Shown here: piece after piece, positions 56,780 to 64,000 of the stretch | Position numbering within the stretch: the stretch's first letter is position 1 | How the letters are laid out: every line of letters starts with the position of its first letter | Source of the DNA: an uncultured Chloroflexia bacterium | GTDB taxonomy: Bacteria > Chloroflexota > Dehalococcoidia > UBA2979 | Reading direction: 5' to 3' | NCBI GenBank assembly: GCA_963728205.1 | Contig: CAVSIV010000002.1 | Location: forward strand, 352,001-416,000 | Length of the DNA stretch: 64,000 nt | The notes under the pieces: model-generated | Databases searched by the model: none | What the model was told of the DNA's origin: nothing | What the model saw: the letters and a program-made list of their open reading frames with translations, nothing else | Made by a program: the position numbers and the translations under genes

Positions 56780-58000
56780 TCAGTGCAGGGTGTCGATGAA
56801 CCGCTGAAGTGCGGCGGTGTCCACGCATATCTTGTCCGCGGTGCGATCGCAGTTGAGCGACCACGCCCACGCACCCGCGTAGCCCTTCGCCTCCCAGTCC
56901 ACCCAGCGCTGGTACGCGTCCACGTCGGAGCCGGCGTCGAATTCGCCGATCACGATCGGCGCGCCGCCGATCTCCGGGAACTTCGAGCGGATGCCGACCG
57001 CCGTCGTGCAGCGTGCGCACCAGATCCCGCCGTCCATGTAGTCGTACCAGTGGGGCTGGTACACATCCACGCCTGCGCCCGCCCAGTCGGGGAGGCCGTC
57101 GACCATTGCGGAGCCGACCGTCGCGAGCCGCGTCGAATGTCCGTGGATCGAGGCGTCGATCGCGGTCGTGAGGTCGACGATCGGCTGCTGCGCGTAGCCC
57201 CGGTTCCAGTAGTCCCACTCGGGCTCGTTGAACGCCTCCCATGCGTAGATGCGAGAGTCGTCCGCGTAGCGCGTGAACAGCTGCCCCAGCACGTTTGCGA
57301 GCGCCGTGCGCTGAGCGGCGTCCGTGAACCAGCTCTGCGGGAGCGCGTCGGGCGCGCTGAACAGCACGAAGTCGTAGCGGATGTGGAAGCGGGACGCGAG
57401 CGCGAGCGCCGCGTCGATGTCCGGATACACGCTCGGATCGATCCCGGTGGGGGTGCCGTCCGGCGAGCGGGTGATCTGCTGCGCCGGGCCCTCGAACATC
57501 CACCACCGCACGGTCGTGATCCCGGGCACGGTGGCCAGCCGCGCGGCGATCGCGTCGGACGTATGCGCGACGCCCGTCGAGCACCCGAAGTCGCACGCCC
57601 AGTTGTACCAGGGCATGTTCACGCCCACGTCGAAGGCAGCTGCCGCCGGACCGGCCGTCGACGGCGACGCGCAGCGCAGCAGGAGGATCGTCCCGTCCGG
57701 GATGTCGCCGGGGTACTGGGCCGTGAACGCGGCAGTCACGAAGCTCGGCGCGCCGACGACGTAGCCGATCGCGCTGCCGTTGACGAAGACCCACGCCGAG
57801 GTCGTGGCGCAGCCCTTCGCGTCGGCGGCCGTCACCAGTTGCTCGACCGTGCCGCCGCCCCAGACCACCGGTGCGATGCCGCCCGAGGGCGGGATCGTGC
57901 CCTGGATCTCCCCGGGCGCGGCGTGCGCGGGGTGCGGGGCGAGCAGGATGCCGATCGCGATCACGATGACGACGACGATGGCCGGCGGTGCATGTCGCAC
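56780..58000 (-). CDS. Secreted clan GH-A (GH5-like) glycoside hydrolase with extra N-terminal domain
   Basis: Signal peptide ending AHA, GVNMPW, WEAFNEPEW (acid/base), PIVIGEF (nucleophile), GAWAWS. Confidence 0.8.
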   Translation of the reverse strand: MRHAPPAIVVVIVIAIGILLAPHPAHAAPGEIQGTIPPSGGIAPVVWGGGTVEQLVTAADAKGCATTSAWVFVNGSAIGYVVGAPSFVTAAFTAQYPGDIPDGTILLLRCASPSTAGPAAAAFDVGVNMPWYNWACDFGCSTGVAHTSDAIAARLATVPGITTVRWWMFEGPAQQITRSPDGTPTGIDPSVYPDIDAALALASRFHIRYDFVLFSAPDALPQSWFTDAAQRTALANVLGQLFTRYADDSRIYAWEAFNEPEWDYWNRGYAQQPIVDLTTAIDASIHGHSTRLATVGSAMVDGLPDWAGAGVDVYQPHWYDYMDGGIWCARCTTAVGIRSKFPEIGGAPIVIGEFDAGSDVDAYQRWVDWEAKGYAGAWAWSLNCDRTADKICVDTAALQRFIDTLH

Positions 58001-58368
58001 GGGGTGTCCGTCTCTGGGGGGTCTGCGCTGGCCATGGTACTCCGCGAGAGATGCGTGGCCCGCCGTGAATCGCTTGCGTGGCGCACAGGGCGTCGGCGGA
58101 TCAACAGGAGCGCATGGACATGCTCTTCGCTGCGATCGACGACGAGCGATAGGGCGCCCAGGTCCACGAGGCCCACGGGCGCATGGCCTCGTCGCACTCC
58201 CCATCCCGCGCGGTCCGTCTCGATGCCACGGGACCGGGAAGTGCTGGCGGCTCCTGTTGCACGAGGGACCGGCCAGGTCCCGAGTGGCTTGAGCTTTTCG
58301 GCGGGGTCGTAAAGGGACTCGTTAGGGGACCCGGCCCCCTGTCGAGGTCCTCTCCGAAGCTGTTGGAA

Positions 58369-58445
58369 TGGTCGGGGCGCGCAGATTCGAACTGCGGGCC
58401 TCTGCGTCCCAAACGCAGCGCTCTACCAGGCTGAGCTACGCCCCG
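58369..58445 (-). tRNA. tRNA-Pro (TGG)
   Basis: CGGGGCGTAGCTCAGCCTGGTAGAGC..., anticodon arm CTGCG-TTTGGGA-CGCAG, GTTCGAATC, encoded CCA. Confidence 0.97.
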
Positions 58446-58477
58446 ACGGAACCGACCGACTCGCAGCGGATTCGACG

Positions 58478-58846
58478 CTATGTGGCGCACTGTTCGCACG
58501 TCAACGGCTCGCTGCGCGCGTAGCCGCACCCGGCGCACTCCCACGCCACGAGGCCGCCGGCGAGCGCCCCCGGCCGCGCGTGGTCATGGCGTGACGCGAG
58601 CGCCGCGCGGCACCGCGGGCACTCGCCGCGCGCCAGCGCGGCCTGCTCGCGATCGGCGCGCGCCCAGCGCCCGATCGTGAGGACCACCACCGCGGCCGCC
58701 GCCACGCCGATCGCGGGTGACGCCGCGCCAAGGCCCAGGTGCGACGAAACGCGAGCCCCGGTCTCGAACCAGCCCGCGGCGGCGACCGCCGCCAGCGCGG
58801 TCCACGCGAGCGTCCCCAGCGCCGGCAGGCGCCGCAACCATGCCAT
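58478..58846 (-). CDS. Small membrane protein with C-terminal CxxC motifs
   Basis: Two TM helices, then CPRC, CAGC, CEQC; starts 6 bp after pyrD. Confidence 0.7.
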   Translation of the reverse strand: MAWLRRLPALGTLAWTALAAVAAAGWFETGARVSSHLGLGAASPAIGVAAAAVVVLTIGRWARADREQAALARGECPRCRAALASRHDHARPGALAGGLVAWECAGCGYARSEPLTCEQCAT

Positions 58847-58852
58847 CGCCGG

Positions 58853-59782
58853 CTAGTCCCGCCGGCGCGCGACGCCGCGGATCTCGTCGAGCGAGCGCAC
58901 GCCCTCGGCCTCGCACCAGGCGCGCAGCTCGCGCAGGCAGCGCCACGGCGCCTCTGGGTCGAGGAAGCTCGCCGTGCCGATCTGGACCGCCGACGCACCG
59001 GCCATGATGAACTCGACCACGTCGGTGCCGTTCATCGCGCCGCCCGAGGCCACGACCGGAATCTCCACCACCGACGACGCGAGGTAGACGTTGCGCATCG
59101 CGATCGGCTTCACGGCCGGCCCCGAGAGCCCGCCGAAGCCCATCGGCAGCACGGGGCGCCGCGCCTTCACGTCGATCGCCATCGCGGGGAGCGTGTTCGC
59201 CACGGTGAGCGCCTGCGCGCCGGCCTCGGCGACGGCCTCGGCGACCGGCCGGATGTCGGACACGCTGGGGGTGAGCTTCACGAGCAGCGGCAGCGCGGTG
59301 TGCCGGGCGACCGTGCGCACGACGTCGGTCGCCATGCGCGGGTCCTGCCCGAACTCGAGGCCGCCGACCTCGACGTTCGGGCAGGAGATGTTGACCTCGA
59401 GCGCCGCCACGCCCGGCACGCCATCGAGGCGCGCGGCCAGCTGACCGTACTCGTCGACGGTGTCGCCCATCATGTTCACGATGCAGGGGACCCGCCACTG
59501 CTCCCAGATCGGCGCGACGTTCGCGATCAGCGCGCCGACGCCGATGTTCTGGAAGCCGATGGAGTTGATCATGCCCGCCGGCGTCTCCACGGTGCGCGGC
59601 GTCGGGTTGCCGCGCCGCGGGCGCAGCGTGGTGCCCTTGGAGACGATCGCGCCGAGCTCGTCGACGTCGAAGTGCTTCGCCATCTCGAGGCCGTTGGAGA
59701 ACGTGCCGGAGGCCGTCATCACGGGATTGGCGAGCCGCAGCTCGACCTTGTGACGCGGCGCCAGGTTCACGCTCAGGTCCAT
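58853..59782 (-). CDS. pyrD: Dihydroorotate dehydrogenase 1B catalytic subunit
   Basis: NPVMTASGTF, GNPTPR, NISCPNV, VKLTP, GGLSGPAVKP; GGAGG RBS. Confidence 0.96.
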   Translation of the reverse strand: MDLSVNLAPRHKVELRLANPVMTASGTFSNGLEMAKHFDVDELGAIVSKGTTLRPRRGNPTPRTVETPAGMINSIGFQNIGVGALIANVAPIWEQWRVPCIVNMMGDTVDEYGQLAARLDGVPGVAALEVNISCPNVEVGGLEFGQDPRMATDVVRTVARHTALPLLVKLTPSVSDIRPVAEAVAEAGAQALTVANTLPAMAIDVKARRPVLPMGFGGLSGPAVKPIAMRNVYLASSVVEIPVVASGGAMNGTDVVEFIMAGASAVQIGTASFLDPEAPWRCLRELRAWCEAEGVRSLDEIRGVARRRD

Positions 59783-59831
59783 GCGGCCTCCGCGGCGATG
59801 ATACCCCGGGCGTGCGGCAGGGACCCACGAG

Positions 59832-59862
59832 ACATAAAGGCGGCGCCCCGTGGGGCGCCGCC
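59832..59862 (-). terminator. Intrinsic terminator after the zinc-finger microprotein
   Basis: GGCGGCGCCC(C)/(G)GGGCGCCGCC stem followed by TTTATGT on the minus strand. Confidence 0.7.
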
Positions 59863-59889
59863 GTGTGTGCTGCCGCCGGCCGGACGGAT

Positions 59890-60141
59890 TTACTCTTCGT
59901 CGGCCAGGCGAACGTCTGAGTTCTTCGAGAAGCGCGTGCTGTCCCGCAGGTCGTTGCGGATGGTGTTGGTCTGCTCCCACATCACGCTCTCGGTCGAGTT
60001 GACGAATTCCTTCGCCAGCCCACAGCGCTTGCAGACGCCACGGCTCTCGCGGCCGTTCGGCGATTCGATGAGCCAGTGGTGCACGCAGTTGGCCTGCTGC
60101 TTCCTGGTGGCCGGCCGCTCGGGAGTTGCTGTGCGGTCCAT
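59890..60141 (-). CDS. Small zinc-finger-like protein (83 aa)
   Basis: CVHHWLIESPNGRESRGVCKRCG...EFVNS; own promoter, AAGGAAG RBS and terminator. Confidence 0.85.
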   Translation of the reverse strand: MDRTATPERPATRKQQANCVHHWLIESPNGRESRGVCKRCGLAKEFVNSTESVMWEQTNTIRNDLRDSTRFSKNSDVRLADEE

Positions 60142-60242
60142 CGCGATGATCTTCCTTCGCTACCCGGGCCGGTCCGCTTGCCGGGCCAACCCGGACCCCG
60201 TCGTCCCCGGTCGGCTCATCCGACCGAGATTTCGACACCGCG

Positions 60243-60271
60243 AGTATCCACAGTAGAATCTCGCGCGTCAA
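60243..60271 (-). promoter_or_regulatory. Promoter of the zinc-finger microprotein
   Basis: TTGACG-17 bp-GATACT with extended TG. Confidence 0.6.
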
Positions 60272-60291
60272 CCTTCTTCTGATAAAAACGT

Positions 60292-60308
60292 GTTAAACTT
60301 CGCTTAAC
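60292..60308. promoter_or_regulatory. Palindromic operator-like site GTTAA-N7-TTAAC
   Basis: Perfect spaced palindrome in an AT-rich patch between divergent genes. Confidence 0.45.
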
Positions 60309-60570
60309 GCGGCGTGTCGGGAGTGTTCCCCGCGGTTTTCCCCCTGCGCGACCGCTCCGTATACTCGGGGCGAGTCGGCCTTCTCGGGCCCGCGCCTCGG
60401 GATCCGGCTGCGGAGCCGCGGATGACACTCCTGCGGGCCCGGCCCTGTCTCGCGCGCTCGGCGCGGCGGCCACGATCCCTGTGATGAGAACGGCTGCATG
60501 AAGAAGAACGTTCGGGAGCGGGGCGGGGTTCCCTCGCGCGTCCTGCTCCCGTGTCTGCGAGGTATCACCC

Positions 60571-61611
60571 ATGGTTGACCAGCAAGCGGTCCTGGCCGCG
60601 CTGCGGTCCGTCAACGACCCCGAGCTCCACCGCGACATCGTGTCGCTCGACATGGTCCGCGACGTCGCGATCGACGGCGGGAACGTCTCGTTCAAGCTCG
60701 TCCTGACGACGCCCGCCTGCCCGCTCCGCGAGACCATCGACAAGGACGTGCGCGACGCCCTCTCCGGGGTCGCGGGCGTAGAGGCCGTCGAGATCGACTG
60801 GGGCGCCGAGGTGCGCAGCACGGCGCCGCGCGAGGGCGGTCCGAAGCCCATCGCCGGCGTGAAGAATGTGATCGCGGTGGCGTCGAACAAGGGCGGCGTG
60901 GGCAAGTCCACCGTCTCCGTGAACCTGGCGGTCGCGCTGGCGCGGCTCGGCGCGAAGGTCGGCCTGCTCGACGCCGACATCACCGGTCCGAACATCCCCA
61001 CGATGATGGGCATCCAGGGCGGTCTGCAGTCGGACGGCCAGCGCGGCCTGCGGCCGATCGAGGCGCACGGCGTCCAGGCCGTCTCGATCGGCTTCGTGCT
61101 GCCGCCGGGCACGCCCGTCGTATGGCGCGGCCCGATGATCGGCTCGGGCGTCCGCCAGCTGATGCACGACGTCGACTGGGGCGAGCTCGACTACCTCGTG
61201 ATCGACCTGCCGCCGGGCACGTCCGACGCCTCGATGAGCATGTGCCAGGACGCGCTGATCGCCGGCGTGGTAATCGTCTCGACGCCGCAGAAGGTCGCGA
61301 TCGAAGACGCGCGCAAGGCGATCGGCATGTTCGACCGCCTGGGGGTGCCGATCTTCGGCATCGTCGAGAACATGAGCGGCGACATGTTCGGTCGCGGCGG
61401 CGCGCGCGAGGCGGCCGACGAGCTCGGCGTCGAGTTCCTGGGCGAGTTGCCCCTGGACGTGACCATCCGCGAAGGCGGCGACAGCGGCGCGCCCGTCGTC
61501 GCGACGCATCCCGAATCCCCGGTGTCCGAGTCGTTCGTCGAGCTGGCCGAACAGGTCGCGGCGCGCTGCTCGGTGCTCCAGTTCGCCGGCGAGGCCGGCG
61601 CGGTCGCGTGA
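60571..61611 (+). CDS. mrp: Mrp/NBP35/ApbC family ATPase with DUF59 domain
   Basis: DPELHRDIV, LTTPACP, NKGGVGKST, DADITGP, WRGPM, DLPPGT, ENMS. Confidence 0.94.
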   Translation: MVDQQAVLAALRSVNDPELHRDIVSLDMVRDVAIDGGNVSFKLVLTTPACPLRETIDKDVRDALSGVAGVEAVEIDWGAEVRSTAPREGGPKPIAGVKNVIAVASNKGGVGKSTVSVNLAVALARLGAKVGLLDADITGPNIPTMMGIQGGLQSDGQRGLRPIEAHGVQAVSIGFVLPPGTPVVWRGPMIGSGVRQLMHDVDWGELDYLVIDLPPGTSDASMSMCQDALIAGVVIVSTPQKVAIEDARKAIGMFDRLGVPIFGIVENMSGDMFGRGGAREAADELGVEFLGELPLDVTIREGGDSGAPVVATHPESPVSESFVELAEQVAARCSVLQFAGEAGAVA

Positions 61612-61639
61612 TCGCGACCACGGAAGGGCCACAGCACTC

Positions 61640-62774
61640 ATGACAGACGACGGGCGCGGTTCGCGCAGCAGCAGCAGTGGCGGGTCGCGCGGCGGCGGGC
61701 GGAGTTCGTCCTTCATCGCCGGGCGGCGACCCGGCGCGGCGAAGAGCGCGGCCGATGACGAGCGCCGCGGCACGACGGGCGACGACGTATCGACGGCGGG
61801 TGCCACGGGCGGACGCGCGGCGTCCGCCTCGGGCGGCCGGCGCGATGGCGCCGCGGACAAGGGCGGCACGGACGAGGCGCGGCCGAAGCGCCGCCGCCGC
61901 CGTCCGGCGGGCGCCGCGGCGCGCGAGGCGGCGGAGGCCGAGGGCGCGCAGGCGGAGCCTGCGCGGCCGGCGACGAGCCGCGCGGCGCGGACCGTGGACG
62001 AGGCGGAGCCGGAGTCGAAGACCGAGCAGCCCGCCGCCTGCGCGCGCGGCCGCGCGGCCCGCGGCGGAGGCCGCGGAGGAGAAGGCCGCCGAGGCGGCGC
62101 GGGCCAGCGCCGCGGCAGGCGCGACGGCGGCCGTCGCCGCCCCCGAGCGCACGACGCGCTCGCGCCCGTCGGCCGACGGCGGCGACCTCACGGCGCTGCG
62201 CAGCCTGATCGAATCGCAGTCGGACATGATCGCGGACCTGCGCTCGAGCTTCGCCACGCTGGAGGCGCGCGTCGAGAACGCGGGGAAGCGTGCGCGCCTC
62301 GGAGTCTTCGTCGACGTGCCGAACCTGCTCTACGGCCAGGACGTCGACGAGAAGCCGATCAACGTCGGCAAGCTGCTCGACTACCTCGCCGACGGCCGCG
62401 ACCTCGTGCGCGCCACCGCGTACTCGCCGGTCTCCGACGACCCCTCCGAGGCGATCGAGCACCAGAAGTTCGTCGCGCCGTTCGTGCCCTTCGAGTACCG
62501 CATCGTGACGAAGCCGCTGAAGCGCTTCGCCGACGGCTCGATCAAGGGCAACTTCGACGTCGAGATGGCGATCGACATGATCACGATGGCGGACCGCCTC
62601 GACGTGATCGCGATCGTCTCGGGCGACGCCGACTTCGCGCGCGCGGTGGAGACCGTGCAGTCGCGCGGGCTGCGGGTCGAGGTCGTGGCGTTCGCGCGCA
62701 GCACGTCGCTGGAGATGCGCGCGCTGGCGGACCGCTACGTGGAGCTGAGCAGGCTCGTCGACCGGCTGCGCTGA
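61640..62774 (+). CDS. NYN (LabA/DUF88) domain protein with long low-complexity N-terminus; one frameshift near 62031
   Basis: VFVDVPNL, KGNFDVEMAIDM, VSGDADF; the N-terminal part reads in the ATG 61640 frame and joins by removing one C near 62030-62032. Confidence 0.85.
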
Positions 62775-62778
62775 GCGG

Positions 62779-63069
62779 CTACTCCGCGCCCGCGTCCCGG
62801 CGCGGAGGCAGGTCGTCCAGCAGGCGCGGGATGTCGTCCTCGTACTCGTCGAGCCACTCGAGGTCGCGCGGGTTCGGCCGCGGGCCGGAGATGAGTTGCT
62901 GCCCCGACGCGATCGCCGCCACGAACGCGCCCCCGAGCAGCCCCATGCCGGCGCCGAAGAGCAGGCCGAAGATCGGCGTGGGCGTCTGCATCACGAAGAC
63001 GCCGAAGAGGACGCCGACGACGAGGCCGGCCGCGATGATGAAGGTGTGGGGCGCCAGGTAGCGGGACAT
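62779..63069 (-). CDS. Small two-TM membrane protein with acidic tail
   Basis: MSRYLAPHTFIIAAGLVVGVLFG... hydrophobic hairpin; alternative start 63078. Confidence 0.7.
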   Translation of the reverse strand: MSRYLAPHTFIIAAGLVVGVLFGVFVMQTPTPIFGLLFGAGMGLLGGAFVAAIASGQQLISGPRPNPRDLEWLDEYEDDIPRLLDDLPPRRDAGAE

Positions 63070-63095
63070 GCGACCCATGGTATCGCGGGTCCACC

Positions 63096-63186
63096 GGCGA
63101 GCGGAGGGCGTCCCGCCCTCCGACTTCGCTGGCGGGCTGCGGCGAGATGCGAGCAGAGTCGGAGGGCGGCACGCCCTCCGCTCGCC
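63096..63186. repeat. REPIN-like element: 30-bp inverted repeats with palindromic arms
   Basis: 63096-63125 vs 63157-63186 match 29/30 as inverted repeats. Confidence 0.85.
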
Positions 63187-63965
63187 TAATAGAGGTCCCG
63201 CAGGTCGAACATCGGACCGTCGTGGCAGACCAGCTTGACGCCGCCGCGGCGCGGGAAGACCGCGCACGAGTAGCAGATGCCGAACCCGCAGCCCATGCGC
63301 GCCTCGTAGAGCGCCTGGACCGGCTTGCGCAGGCCCGAGCGGCGGACGACGTCGTAGAGCGCGCCGAACATCGGGTCGGGGCCGCACGTGAACGCCTGGT
63401 CGCACCACGGGAGCAGGCGCTCGAACGGCGCGGTCACGCGGCCGCGCTCGCCCATCGAGCCGTCCTCGGTCGTCACCACGATCTCGACGTCCGGCGGGAG
63501 AAACGGCGCGGGGTAGATCTGCGTCTCGCTGCGCCCGCCGAGGATCAGCGTCACCTCTCGGCCCTGCGCGACCAGCTCGTCGGCGAGCCAGATCAGCGGC
63601 GCGGAACCGATGCCGCCGCCCACGAGCAGCATGCGCTGCACGCGCGGTCGCGGCTCGAAGCCGCGACCCAGCGGACCCACCATGCGCACGACGTCGCCCT
63701 CGCCCCGGCGCGACAGCCACTCCGTGCCGCGCCCGACAATGTCGAACAGGATCGCCCACTCCGGGCCGCTGTCGCGCTCGCGCAGGCGGTGGATCGACAT
63801 CGCGCGGCCGAGCAGCGGGTCGGCGCCCTCGCCGCAGTACGCCATCACGAACTGGCCGGGCGTGATCGTCTGCAGCTGCGGCCCGCGACGGAACCACAGG
63901 ATGTGCGTTCTGCCGTAGAGGCGCGCGCTCTCCGTCACCTCGGCGTCGAAGCTCGTCGGGCTCAC
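63186..63965 (-). CDS. pyrK: Dihydroorotate dehydrogenase electron transfer subunit
   Basis: PGQFVM, GPLGRGF, GGGIG, CGP, MGCGFGICYSC...VCHDGP [2Fe-2S] motif. Confidence 0.94.
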   Translation of the reverse strand: MSPTSFDAEVTESARLYGRTHILWFRRGPQLQTITPGQFVMAYCGEGADPLLGRAMSIHRLRERDSGPEWAILFDIVGRGTEWLSRRGEGDVVRMVGPLGRGFEPRPRVQRMLLVGGGIGSAPLIWLADELVAQGREVTLILGGRSETQIYPAPFLPPDVEIVVTTEDGSMGERGRVTAPFERLLPWCDQAFTCGPDPMFGALYDVVRRSGLRKPVQALYEARMGCGFGICYSCAVFPRRGGVKLVCHDGPMFDLRDLY

Positions 63966-64000
63966 GCGCGCGCCTCTACGCCCTCGAGCAGCACATCGCC

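Noticed and set aside
60244-60252. DnaA box / replication origin (GTATCCACA)
   Set aside because: Single imperfect box coinciding with an extended -10 element; no box cluster and no dnaA nearby.
24620-62035. Programmed frameshifting or phase variation at ~24624, ~54157 and ~62031
   Set aside because: Each is a single extra base in a 2-3 nt run without a slippery heptamer or long repeat tract; more consistent with sequencing error.
63962-64000. 3' end of the gene upstream of pyrK (GDVLLEGVEARA*)
   Set aside because: Too short to identify; not listed as a feature.

Overview
A very GC-rich (roughly 70% or more by eye) bacterial chromosome segment. It is most likely from Chloroflexota, class Dehalococcoidia; this is an inference from gene content such as GuaB3, PrmC with an NLPY motif and a CxHHWxIExPxG zinc-finger microprotein. 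Most of the window is core genome: gpsA, ybeY-dnaX-recR-recO, metG-tatD, guaB, hisS-prfA-trmH-prmC, rel, comM, pyrK/pyrD, tRNA-Arg(CCG) and tRNA-Pro(TGG). It also carries an acyl-CoA catabolic cluster (two SDRs, two MaoC hot-dog proteins, two thiolases, DUF35), a lutC-lutB/A lactate oxidation pair and a c-di-GMP module. No CRISPR array, transposase, integrase or prophage is visible. The main anomaly is a tightly coupled complex I-like operon, nuoA-C-D-H-J-K-(62 aa ORF)-L-M-N. It lacks not only nuoEFG but also nuoB and nuoI, i.e. every Fe-S subunit, while keeping the quinone-site and proton-pumping residues. Other items worth a second look: an Mrp/ApbC that has lost its CxxC motif, a PspC-polyprenyl synthase fusion, a structured leader upstream of guaB, several REPIN-like elements and unannotated microproteins. 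Several single-base frameshifts are probably assembly errors. All calls come from motif recognition by eye; no database search was run.
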